From an uncultured Planctomycetales bacterium (GTDB taxonomy: Bacteria; Omnitrophota; Gorgyraeia; Zapsychrales; Aceulaceae), in contig CAZYOA010000001.1 in NCBI GenBank assembly GCA_964648665.1, positions 112,128-176,127 of the forward strand: a stretch of DNA of 64,000 bases, in the 5' to 3' direction. Shown here in pieces: positions 21,901 to 28,871 of this stretch. The notes beneath the pieces were generated by a model, which had not been told where the DNA came from, did no database searches, and saw nothing but the letters and a program-made list of their open reading frames with translations. The translations under genes and the position numbers were made by a program. The number at the start of each line of letters is the position of its first letter. Position 1 is the first letter of the stretch.

Positions 21901-23176
21901 TTACAGGGAAAGCGACGGCTTGCTAAGTTTTGTTATTAGTGCTGATAGCGATGATATCCATAAATCTATTTTAGAAGGAGTTATGGATGAGTTTGGCCTC
22001 TTGAAAGAAGAAATTGGTGAAACAGTTCCAAAGAAAGCGGGTTCGAATATTAGTACTATAATGTATCAAGTAAAAGAGCTTAATTCGGATCAGCTGGCTA
22101 TAGTTGTCAATGAGATTAAGGCTGGTTCTCTTTCATTTATTAATCCAAAAAGCCTCGTAATGAGTATTGCTGCGAGATTAAATTTAAAACCAGCCTCAAC
22201 TATAGGCAATAGTTTCGTGACTGACAAAATAATGGATGTAAAAATGAATTTTTGGGATTCAATCGCGGATGGACATCAGAAGGTTAAGATTGCGATCGTT
22301 GATGAAAAGGAATTGCTTATTACGGTTGAAGCTACGGATGATCAAAAGCACAAGCTTCTTTTAGATGCAGTTAAGTCTGAGCTTAGGCTTGATGATGATC
22401 AAATGGATTTAAAAAAGACAGCGAGTTCAGATATTGTGGGGTACAGAAAAGGGCCTGGGGAGGATCAAGGTAAGATTGTTAAGCCGATTGCTCCGGGATT
22501 GCCACAAGGACATCGGACAGTTAGTGGATACAGCAATAGAATTGTTAAGCCTGCGACACCAGGTTTGCCGCAAGAACATCGAACAGCTCTTAAGAAGAAA
22601 TCGAGCTCTCAAGCTATTGTTAAGCAAGTAAATGCGGGTATTGGTAATCAGCTTCGAGGAGAAGATTACACTTCAGAGGAAGCTATGAAATCGGCAGCTC
22701 GAATGTTAGGTTATGAACCTTTTGTTTTCAAAAATTATGGTTTTCAGATTAGGAAAGATGGGGTGTATGTATCTTTTGATCTTGATGAAGGTGTTTATAG
22801 GGCAGTACATGCTGCTACGATTACCGACCAACAGCTTAAGGAAATGGGAGATCCTGATCTAAGAAAAAGGAACGAGAAGGCTTCTTCTAATCTTGGTGGT
22901 ATTAGACTTGATTCTAAATATTTAGATCTTCAAATTAAGAGAGATGGAAAGGGCATTGCTCTTCCAGTTTCAAGCCAACCACTTGAAAGTTTCAATATTC
23001 AAGGGTTTTCATTCTATATCATGAGCATCACCGCTGTTCCAAGTTTACTTTTAATGTCTGGAATTTCGGATTCAGATAGCCGAGAGGCAAGCTTAGATTC
23101 AGAGTTTGATTTGCAGGCTAAGGCTGTAAATCGATTTATAGTAGGCGATTCACGAAGAATGAGCATTCTTGCATAA
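15983..23176 (+). CDS. Giant secreted modular protein 1 (2397 aa): signal peptide, conserved head, ~15 SS[NT][LIM]-delimited modules, conserved tail. Function unknown
   Basis: Uninterrupted 7.2-kb ORF with a strong RBS (AAGGAGAG). The signal peptide ends SYA/QS. Head residues ~37-355 are homologous to the 28872 ORF. It contains internal module families (see repeat features) and a C-terminal SSNLGGIRLDS... tail. Terminator follows at 23198. Confidence 0.9.
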   Translation: MFQRFKNPKQKSLSNIVSIFIIFCFSLSSVAPSYAQSLSVLPAPGTMIMQTPGFSPVLVRALEISPENPLQFGFIVDNGDTGFEGEELTQETKKLIRYFLASLTTPEKDMWVNLSPYEENRIIADNFGETQMGRDLLAQDYILKQLTASLIYPEDELGKKFWDKIYKTAYEKFGTTDIPLNTFNKVWIVPKTAEIYEHDNKVFVINSELEIMMEEDYLSLEKNLNREDLGAKQTNKAEAKSVSAISSEIVREIVIPAITKEVNEGKNFANLRQIYNAMILATWYKKNLKESLLGKVYVDQSKNKGIDLKDKQASQKVYDQYIEAFKKGVYDYIKVESDSKTGRNIPRKYFSGGALAVSSMRNVIPDSNDLAPNGDVVQNYKFELVENANEGEAGPAVISSNMMIQNILSQKTLTREGLHTVLSAIISEAEKDKSFEENERRDLVFIRDDGQKIGLKFLSEMDIKVGKALLGDEMSGKFKEVIVEYKNNGTFFRLLIGTKSPFLTDSFWEVASDNEGQNEALKKAIQNVLGLKKSVRHKIRVSSNLVSQINKKIGTQLPGSLTSEDAQKKACEILERFSPHAVTKTAFDINGNMEFAHFEVVDGFWIAVSGGDFSSMSSGDGVQTTASSTLASVKTIQDIAPLAIELLKNNTTALHVSLLDDGLVSAGYLPYKEFLNNAPEDMEALPLARYIQIDLNFNSMFYDSLITFQIDDEGGVVIHEVSSPKAENQKTIRKIFQGILDGYVGNLPEIQGDGYTGISSSNLKVRINKQIEGDESISPDLSPREAQQKAMEKIEGLQAGALGGNFFDASDKLGDYRFSVIDGFWKVTIVNEKPAKNQIKASNNLNANNIQKISSQKTMNSAATEAERLVKAALNPRIKSLKDFQKVSWSNDLRDSGWTGIDDYMHESYAPWKVKQRLGQLSIEENAVFIDTDNKKIIQAKDILPLFGEVDHPEVYRIFFKDGSRISLLSKGSGASAGAGQKNSLVSTLGTAKDIQSNIKKQIFFKKNSLSKKVKLGKTEVADPKSIQTKLLEALGKTQNDTEDSNLESDWVYMSLKNGDFVEMKKSSKSPAWKVRKENLSETAREQVMVDQAQSIKNIFEDEKAEINVKDGFAFNGSLVQIYSPANELTLVAYASTVNNEVDSAFLHKGKITEDIPLIRKSFTPKKIEAPAVGLPLGPEKKPLVGANFIVPDMHMTLSAILNAAQVRKASSTLSLKYPGPFNVSSFVAQLKASLEFPTYFLIKVGKKEYTEGELLKEELSLKTGEILELSFSENRFSARQINLSIQKQDGSVLISAKALAQVGEPSFISYPKINQQVARILDFETAFDYLQSLKAVNPPSGRAIYDRHAEASKKATQNKQTSSNLNTKKYEIKALNHAQFLEIKEKAKKGIDILGIKDFKKATWLDLLKAVFLKVSFDVSDRISSKFYNLKALADGIFNFEFLENDKIVVEVSGANDLSREYSLGILKKELGLQDDQIFLKKTSSSNMKLTQKFINTFRREVSDIDELLNFRRFKISLSKEQVDGIKKALGTESLKSMGMISSGKDRQLSDDFNQPTGEDSFVEFYVETSDSKWSETVMKIKSEGAYLRFMVELFNKNSDLAREVIKDMLNQKSVKYFEFMVNFIKHLEKRFPDNKLMLQMNSAEKLEGSAGFISNRNKFINGIVERSTIGISFELNDEELITVMSAQGEYIVTEYGSWLEKYGLPNLVYGLVDYNDDMNLKKKSTSSNIKKDTKEIAGGSRLESTFDPVAVKTTHQFKNGLHVDWTFEEKGDHAYDSSDQIFDSREAGMKKRKGSSVMVKQEFSVSRAGKQGILDMRSSIKKNPRTIAGNIAKVARLKDVDLRGLDDNLYGDELGFSFNGGSLTVNYSKSLGNSAKITVQVNEGEESEVTINRIFAATCEVLSLYKRSASSAMVIKMYKAKNRASKWTSIDDEDVKEGKEVWFAGQIIDNTEADGGWERIVNFRNKSSLVIYRESDGLLSFVISADSDDIHKSILEGVMDEFGLLKEEIGETVPKKAGSNISTIMYQVKELNSDQLAIVVNEIKAGSLSFINPKSLVMSIAARLNLKPASTIGNSFVTDKIMDVKMNFWDSIADGHQKVKIAIVDEKELLITVEATDDQKHKLLLDAVKSELRLDDDQMDLKKTASSDIVGYRKGPGEDQGKIVKPIAPGLPQGHRTVSGYSNRIVKPATPGLPQEHRTALKKKSSSQAIVKQVNAGIGNQLRGEDYTSEEAMKSAARMLGYEPFVFKNYGFQIRKDGVYVSFDLDEGVYRAVHAATITDQQLKEMGDPDLRKRNEKASSNLGGIRLDSKYLDLQIKRDGKGIALPVSSQPLESFNIQGFSFYIMSITAVPSLLLMSGISDSDSREASLDSEFDLQAKAVNRFIVGDSRRMSILA
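17603..17812 (+). repeat. Giant protein 1, module family A, copy 1 (protein-level repeat)
   Basis: VSSNLVSQINKKIGTQLPGSLTSEDAQKKACEILERF....FEVVDGFWIAV aligns with copies at 18254 and 22601 (SSN-x-INK.IG...S.E(E/D)A..KA....L.....F.V.DGFW.V). Confidence 0.7.
18254..18472 (+). repeat. Giant protein 1, module family A, copy 2
   Basis: ISSSNLKVRINKQIEGDESISPDLSPREAQQKAMEKIEGL....YRFSVIDGFWKVTIV. Confidence 0.7.
20069..20446 (+). repeat. Giant protein 1, module family B, copy 1
   Basis: SSNLNTKKYEIKALNHAQFLEIKEKAKKG ... KIVVEVSGANDLSREYSLGILKKELGLQDDQIFLKKTSSSN aligns end to end with the copy at 22037. Confidence 0.7.
22037..22432 (+). repeat. Giant protein 1, module family B, copy 2
   Basis: GSNISTIMYQVKELNSDQLAIVVNEIKAG ... 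ELLITVEATDDQKHKLLLDAVKSELRLDDDQMDLKKTASSD. Confidence 0.7.
22472..22585 (+). repeat. Two copies of a Pro-rich ~16-aa motif, 6 aa apart, inside giant protein 1
   Basis: KIVKPIAPGLPQGHRT (res 2164-2179) and RIVKPATPGLPQEHRT (res 2186-2201). The nucleotide copies are diverged at synonymous sites. Confidence 0.8.
22601..22807 (+). repeat. Giant protein 1, module family A, copy 3 (more diverged)
   Basis: SSSQAIVKQVNAGIGNQLRGEDYTSEEAMKSAARMLGY....VSFDLDEGVYRAV. Confidence 0.55.
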
Positions 23177-23197
23177 GAGAAGGCTTATGGGTTTGTT

Positions 23198-23228
23198 GGG
23201 CCTCTGGGAAATCAGAGGCCCTTTTTTT
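23198..23228 (+). terminator. Rho-independent terminator after giant gene 1
   Basis: Perfect 9-bp GC-rich stem, GGGCCTCTG (23198-23206) with CAGAGGCCC (23213-23221), 6-nt loop, then 7 T. Confidence 0.85.
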
Positions 23229-23313
23229 GGCTCAAAATTTAAGTTTGTGATATAATGCTCAATTGTTGGGTCGTATAATTTAAAATAAATAAATTAAATA
23301 TTAAGAGAAGATT

Positions 23314-23619
23314 ATGAGCGAAAAGTTAATTCGTATTTATAAGAAGTTTCATGTTGATGAAGTTAAAGAGCATGTTTTGGTCTGCGGAGATTTGTCTGCG
23401 AATTGCTCTAAATGCAGCGCTGTTGGTATTAAAACAACGGCTGACAAATGTCCTGAATGCGCGACCACGTTTAAATATGTCACTTTTCGAAATATTAAAG
23501 GTAATATGCCAAAGATTCAGAAATTGATTAATGAAAAATCAGATTTAGTTTTTATTGATTATGATGATTTTAAAAAGGCAACAGGATCTCTAAAGATTGA
23601 AGAGTTGTTTAATGATTAA
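23314..23619 (+). CDS. Small zinc-ribbon-containing hypothetical protein
   Basis: 101 aa with two Cys pairs, CSKCS....CPEC. An extended -10 promoter-like TGaTATAAT lies at 23248-23256. Confidence 0.55.
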   Translation: MSEKLIRIYKKFHVDEVKEHVLVCGDLSANCSKCSAVGIKTTADKCPECATTFKYVTFRNIKGNMPKIQKLINEKSDLVFIDYDDFKKATGSLKIEELFND

Positions 23620-24751
23620 CGAAAAAAGATTGATTAAGTTAACGCAAAAAGTGTTGCAGATTAATTCTGAAAATCCGCCAGGACGAGAGTTCGCATTATC
23701 AAAGTTTATTGAAAATGATATGCGCTCATTGAATCTTGCCGTTAAAACGTACACATTTGCAAAAGTAAGACCTAATGTGGTTGCGATTTTAAAAGGAAAG
23801 AATAAAAAGAATGCATCAAAGAAAGCCATTTTGATTACGCCGCATTTTGATACTGTTCCTGCTGGCAAGGGGTGGAAGTTTAATCCTTTTGGTGGCGATA
23901 TTATTAATGGCCGTATTTATGGGCGAGGCGCTTCGGATGATAAAGGAAATTTGGCTTGTGCAATGGAAGTTATGCGTAGCCTTGTAGAGGATAAAGTAGA
24001 ACTTAATTATGATGTTATTTTTGCGGCAACTGTTGATGAGGAGACAGGAAGTCAGTTTGGCATTATCCCGTTGATTGAAAAAGGAATTCTTAAGCCAGAG
24101 GCGGCTTTAGTTTTGGATTCTGACGAGTTCCGTTCGATTATCGCACAAAAGGGATTGATGCACGGACGTGTTCAGGTTTTTGGTAAGAAATCTCACGGAG
24201 CCTATAATTGGAGAGGGATCAATTCGATAGAGATTTGCTCTAAGATTATTCAAGATTTCAAAGCTCTTAAATTTAAACATAAAAAACATAAATACTTGCA
24301 TTCGCCAACGATGAATATCGGAACAATTACAGGTGGAGATAAAGTGAACATGGTTGCAGATTTTTGTGAATTCTCTTTTGATTTTCGCTTTATGCCGGAT
24401 ATGGATTCAAAAAAATGTATTAAGAAATTTAAGTCTGTAATTGCTAATCATGCTAAAAAGTCAAAATTAATTATTGATGATTTGCAAATGCCGTATGAGA
24501 TTAGCTCTAAGCACAATCTTGTTAAGATTTACCAGGAAACATGTAAAAAGAAAAGACGGCCAACGACACTGATGGGAAGTGAAGGGGCAACTGTTATTAC
24601 GTTTTTCCAAAAAAAGAAGATTCCTGCAATTGCGACTGGATACGGTAGCAGCAAAACAGCGCACACAAACGATGAATATGCTCATGTCAAAAAGCTTTAT
24701 GACGGCACGCGCGTTTTAGAACAATTTTTAAAGGATTTTGATGCTCGATGA
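23597..24751 (+). CDS. M20-family metallopeptidase (ArgE/DapE-like deacylase)
   Basis: ITPHFDTVPAG.GW.F.PFGG....GRIYGRGASDDKG signature and VDEETGS metal-ligand region. The real start may be Met at 23612. Confidence 0.75.
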   Translation: MKSCLMINEKRLIKLTQKVLQINSENPPGREFALSKFIENDMRSLNLAVKTYTFAKVRPNVVAILKGKNKKNASKKAILITPHFDTVPAGKGWKFNPFGGDIINGRIYGRGASDDKGNLACAMEVMRSLVEDKVELNYDVIFAATVDEETGSQFGIIPLIEKGILKPEAALVLDSDEFRSIIAQKGLMHGRVQVFGKKSHGAYNWRGINSIEICSKIIQDFKALKFKHKKHKYLHSPTMNIGTITGGDKVNMVADFCEFSFDFRFMPDMDSKKCIKKFKSVIANHAKKSKLIIDDLQMPYEISSKHNLVKIYQETCKKKRRPTTLMGSEGATVITFFQKKKIPAIATGYGSSKTAHTNDEYAHVKKLYDGTRVLEQFLKDFDAR

Positions 24752-25452
24752 AAAAAATACTTTTTAGTATATTCTTAGTTATTGTTTTGTTTTCTCCAAG
24801 TTATGCTGATCAAAGTGATTTATATGATCAATTTATCGGCGAGAAGATTACTTACCGCATAAAAAGTTTGGGTGTTCATGCGGCGAATGCTGATCTTTCG
24901 TTTGAGGGAACAGCTAAAATTGATGGCCAAGATGTCTATCTTTTAACGTTTCATGCGAAGGGTGCGAATTTTTTAGATATAGAGAAAATTTATGTAAATA
25001 AGCAAGATTTCTATCCTGTGCGCGTTGAGCGTGATTTAAACATATTAGGTTCTAAGGAAAAGATTACAGAAAGTTATGATCAAGAAAATTTTGTTGTGAC
25101 GATTGAAAAGAAGGTTGAAGATAAAGAGAAGGCTGAAGAAAAAGTTATCAAAAAAACAGGTAAGATTGATAACATTTATTGTTTCATCTATCGGTTTCGT
25201 GCCGAAGAAGAATTTGAGATCGGAAAATCTTTTGAAATGAACTTGCCGACAAAAGATGTTTCGATTAAGATAGCAAAGAAGACAAAAGTTAAGGCTCTCA
25301 AAAAAGTTTATGAGGCATATTATTTTCAAACAGTTCCAAGGCAATATGAGGTTTGGTTTGATGTCTCAAGCGATAAAATTCCAATCCGAATCGATAAGCC
25401 TGCTATTATTGGTGGAACATCAATGGTGATGACAGAGTATAAAAAACAATGA
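24748..25452 (+). CDS. Secreted DUF3108-like protein
   Basis: Signal peptide [20 protein letters not shown], then [24 protein letters not shown]..., which resembles the DUF3108 N-terminal pattern as I recall it. ATGA overlaps on both sides (M20 and trpB). Confidence 0.45.
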   Translation: MKKILFSIFLVIVLFSPSYADQSDLYDQFIGEKITYRIKSLGVHAANADLSFEGTAKIDGQDVYLLTFHAKGANFLDIEKIYVNKQDFYPVRVERDLNILGSKEKITESYDQENFVVTIEKKVEDKEKAEEKVIKKTGKIDNIYCFIYRFRAEEEFEIGKSFEMNLPTKDVSIKIAKKTKVKALKKVYEAYYFQTVPRQYEVWFDVSSDKIPIRIDKPAIIGGTSMVMTEYKKQ

Positions 25453-26645
25453 AGAATATGAAGCGAAATAATCAACCTGACAGCCAGGGGCATTTTAATA
25501 ATCTTGGTGGACGTTTTGTGCCCGAGACATTAATGTCCTTAGTCGTAGATTTAGAAAAAGAATTTAAAACGCTTATAAAAGATAAAAAGTTTAAAGAAGA
25601 ATTTTCTTTTTATCTTAAGGAGTATGCGGGACGACCAACAAATTTATATTTTGCATCACGATTAAGCAAGCGGTTTAAAAATCTTAAAATATACTTGAAG
25701 CGTGAAGATCTTCTTCACACTGGTGCGCACAAGATTAATAATACGTTAGGGCAAATTTTAGTTGCGCGTCGTATGGGAAAGACTCGTATTATTGCAGAAA
25801 CTGGTGCAGGTCAGCATGGTGTTGCCACAGCGACGGCTGCAGCATTATTTGGCCTTAAGTGTGATGTGTATATGGGAGCTAAGGATATTAAGCGTCAGGC
25901 GCTTAATGTATTTCGCATGAAATTATTGGGTGCAAATGTGATTCCTGTTACGAGCGGAACGCAGACGCTAAAAGATGCTATGAACGAGGCGATTCGTGAT
26001 TGGGTAACGAATGTTGAAAATACATTTTATATTATTGGTTCTGTAGCTGGTCCACATCCGTATCCTGTGATGGTTCGAGAATTCCAGAAAATTATTGGAC
26101 TTGAAGCAAGAAAGCAATTTCTTGCAAAAGAAAAGAAATTACCTGATTACTTGGTTGCGTGCGTTGGTGGCGGATCAAACGCGATGGGACTTTTTTATCC
26201 TTTCTTAAATGATAAAAAAGTAAAAATGATTGGTGTTGAGGCCGCAGGATTGGGACTTAATACAGATAAACATTCAGCGGCTTTGATTAAAGGAAAAATT
26301 GGAGTCTTGCATGGAAGCAAAAGTAAACTTTTGCAGACAGAGGATGGACAAATCAGAGAAGTTCATTCAATAGCAGCTGGATTAGATTATCCAGGTGTTG
26401 GTCCTGAACATGCATATTTTAAGGAAATCGGAAGAGCCGAGTATGTTGGCATTGATGACAAGCAAGCGGTTAAAGGATTAAAGCTACTTTGCGAGACTGA
26501 AGGCATTATTCCTGCGCTGGAAACATCTCATGCAATTGGATATCTAGAAAAACTTTCTAAGAAAGTTAAAAAGAAATCAAGTGTGATTGTTTGTTTGTCT
26601 GGTCGTGGAGATAAAGATGTTTATGAGCTTAGGGAAATAATTTAA
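25449..26645 (+). CDS. trpB: Tryptophan synthase beta chain
   Basis: [13 protein letters not shown]-lysine context [11 protein letters not shown], and GGGSNAMG motif. 398 aa. Confidence 0.95.
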   Translation: MKNMKRNNQPDSQGHFNNLGGRFVPETLMSLVVDLEKEFKTLIKDKKFKEEFSFYLKEYAGRPTNLYFASRLSKRFKNLKIYLKREDLLHTGAHKINNTLGQILVARRMGKTRIIAETGAGQHGVATATAAALFGLKCDVYMGAKDIKRQALNVFRMKLLGANVIPVTSGTQTLKDAMNEAIRDWVTNVENTFYIIGSVAGPHPYPVMVREFQKIIGLEARKQFLAKEKKLPDYLVACVGGGSNAMGLFYPFLNDKKVKMIGVEAAGLGLNTDKHSAALIKGKIGVLHGSKSKLLQTEDGQIREVHSIAAGLDYPGVGPEHAYFKEIGRAEYVGIDDKQAVKGLKLLCETEGIIPALETSHAIGYLEKLSKKVKKKSSVIVCLSGRGDKDVYELREII

Positions 26646-27442
26646 TGATAATTAATCGTGTTGATCAAAAGTTTAAGGACTTAAAGAAGCAAAAGAAAAA
26701 AGCTTTTATTGCGTTTGTAACAGCTGGAGATCCGGATTTAAAAACAACGGAAAATCTTGTTTATGCGCTTGAGCAAAGTGGAGCTGATATTATTGAGCTT
26801 GGTGTTCCGTTTTCAGACCCATTGGCTGATGGCCCAACGATTCAAGAAGCTTCTTATCGGGCACTTAAAAATAAAGTAACGATTCCAAAAATTCTTGATC
26901 TTGTTAAACGAATACGAAAAACGTCTCAAGTTCCGATTTGTCTGATGACGTATTATAATCCTGTGTTTTATTTTGGCGAAAAGAAGTTTGTTCAAGAAGC
27001 AAGTAAGGCTGGTGTTGATGGGGTGATCATTCCAGATCTTCCACCTGAAGAGGCTGAAGTGTTGATAGGGCAAGCAAGGAAGAATAACTTCTCAACAATT
27101 TTCTTTTTATCGCCGACGACAAAGAATGAGCGAATTAAAGTTATTGAAAAAGCGTCAAGCGGTTTCATCTATTATGTCTCTATTGCAGGTGTTACGGGTA
27201 TGCGTCAAGCGCTACCAAAGAATTTGAAAGAAAATCTTAAAATTATAAAGCGTATTGTCAAAAAACCTCTATGCGTAGGATTTGGTATTTCTAGTGCAAA
27301 TCAGGCGAAGGATATTTCAAAATATTGTGATGGGGTTATTGTTGGCAGTGCCATCATAAAACAGATTGTTAAAAATAAAGGTAAGGCAAATTTAATTTCA
27401 AACATAAAAAGATTCGTGAAAGGTCTATCTAAAAATGTATAA
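26645..27442 (+). CDS. trpA: Tryptophan synthase alpha chain
   Basis: ELGVPFSDPLADGPTIQ motif and GFGIS near the C-terminus. TAATG overlap with trpB. Confidence 0.9.
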   Translation: MIINRVDQKFKDLKKQKKKAFIAFVTAGDPDLKTTENLVYALEQSGADIIELGVPFSDPLADGPTIQEASYRALKNKVTIPKILDLVKRIRKTSQVPICLMTYYNPVFYFGEKKFVQEASKAGVDGVIIPDLPPEEAEVLIGQARKNNFSTIFFLSPTTKNERIKVIEKASSGFIYYVSIAGVTGMRQALPKNLKENLKIIKRIVKKPLCVGFGISSANQAKDISKYCDGVIVGSAIIKQIVKNKGKANLISNIKRFVKGLSKNV

Positions 27443-28703
27443 AAGAACAGATTTAAAAAACAAGTTAAGAATTATTACGCATCAAATGGATGATCGAAAT
27501 AGCGTTTCTATTGGAATATGGGCAGGCGTTGGTGGTCGTTATGAATACGATAAGAATAAAGGCGCAGCGCATTTTCTAGAACATATTTTATTTAAAGGAA
27601 CAAAAAAATATAAGTGTGCTGAAGTCAAAGAGTTGATTGAAGGCGTTGGGGGAAGCTTGAACGCGTTTACGTCTGAAGAATGTACATGTTATTTTGCGAA
27701 AGTTCCGTCTAAGAATGCGGCAAAAACGTTTGATATTTTGTCTGATATGGTTATTCAGCCTTTGATTACAAAAAAGGATGTTGATAAGGAGCGGGGCGTT
27801 ATTCTTGAAGAGATAAAAATGTATTATGATCTGCCTCAGCATTTAGTGCGAGATTTTTTAGATGAGCTTCTTTGGCCAGGTCATCCGCTGGGTCAGAATA
27901 TTGCAGGAAGCCTGGAGTCGGTTTCTGCTATGTCGTATAAAGATTTAAGAGATTTTCATAAGAATTATTATATTCCTTCAAATGTTGTTGTTTCTGTTTG
28001 TGGGGACATTTCTCATAAAACTGTTCTTAATTTAGCAAGTAAGAAATTTGGAAAAATTAAAAAGTCTAATGCTATTCTTTGTCAAAAAGTTAAAGATCGA
28101 GGTTTAGAGCCTAAATTTAAGTTTTTTAAAAAGAATATTGAGCAAATGCATTTAGCTTTAGGTGTTTTAGGTTTTGGTCGAGAACATAAGGATCGCTATG
28201 CTCTAGGTGTTTTAAATGTTATTTTGGGCGGAAATATGTCGAGTCGTCTTTTTAATGAAGTGCGTGAAAAAAGAGGGCTTGCTTATTCTGTATCTTCTGG
28301 CGTTAAATCCTTAAAAGACACAGGAGCTCTTATTGTTCGCGGTGGTGTTCATAATGCTAAGGTTGTGGATGCTGTTGATGTAATCATAAAGGAGCTTAAG
28401 AAAATTGGGCAATCCAAAGTTAGCTTAAGCGAGTTTAAGAGAGCCAAAGATTATCTTTTAGGCCAGACGCTTTTGAGCCTTGAAGATACCGGTGAGCATA
28501 TGTTTTGGATTGGTGAATCTATGGTTTCTACAAATAAGGTCGAAACGTTAAGGTCTGCTATCAATATGGTAAAAAAAGTTACTCGCGCAGATGTTCAGCG
28601 CGTTGCAAAGCTTTTGTTTGCTAAAAATCGGATGAGTTTGGCTATTGTCGGACCAATCCAACCTGCGCAAGAAAAGAAGATCCGTAGCCTATTTAAATCT
28701 TAA
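27435..28703 (+). CDS. M16-family (pitrilysin/insulinase-like) zinc peptidase
   Basis: Inverted zinc motif HFLEH (GAAHFLEHILFKGT). 422 aa in the two-domain M16 layout. Confidence 0.85.
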   Translation: MYKRTDLKNKLRIITHQMDDRNSVSIGIWAGVGGRYEYDKNKGAAHFLEHILFKGTKKYKCAEVKELIEGVGGSLNAFTSEECTCYFAKVPSKNAAKTFDILSDMVIQPLITKKDVDKERGVILEEIKMYYDLPQHLVRDFLDELLWPGHPLGQNIAGSLESVSAMSYKDLRDFHKNYYIPSNVVVSVCGDISHKTVLNLASKKFGKIKKSNAILCQKVKDRGLEPKFKFFKKNIEQMHLALGVLGFGREHKDRYALGVLNVILGGNMSSRLFNEVREKRGLAYSVSSGVKSLKDTGALIVRGGVHNAKVVDAVDVIIKELKKIGQSKVSLSEFKRAKDYLLGQTLLSLEDTGEHMFWIGESMVSTNKVETLRSAINMVKKVTRADVQRVAKLLFAKNRMSLAIVGPIQPAQEKKIRSLFKS

Positions 28704-28757
28704 TCTAAGATTTTTTATTGAGTTTTCTTATAAAAATATCAAATATATTGTAAGTTA

Positions 28758-28778
28758 TTGCAAGATAATAGCTTGCAA
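28758..28778 (+). repeat. 7-bp inverted repeat (TTGCAAG-N7-CTTGCAA) between the M16 gene and giant gene 2. Possible operator or weak terminator
   Basis: Read directly from the sequence. No T-run follows, so a terminator role is doubtful. Confidence 0.3.
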
Positions 28779-28820
28779 CGCTTTGAAAAACCTTCCTTGG
28801 GTAGCTTTTTCCCTTTCATG

Positions 28821-28829
28821 TGCTATACT
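28821..28829 (+). promoter_or_regulatory. Extended -10 promoter element TGCTATACT upstream of giant gene 2
   Basis: Same TGCTATA(T/C)T core as the promoters at 15354, 15831 and 47169. No good -35 at 17 nt. Lies 43 nt upstream of ATG 28872. Confidence 0.35.
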
Positions 28830-28871
28830 TTATCAAAATTCACTAGAAGTTCACAACATTAATATTTACAA

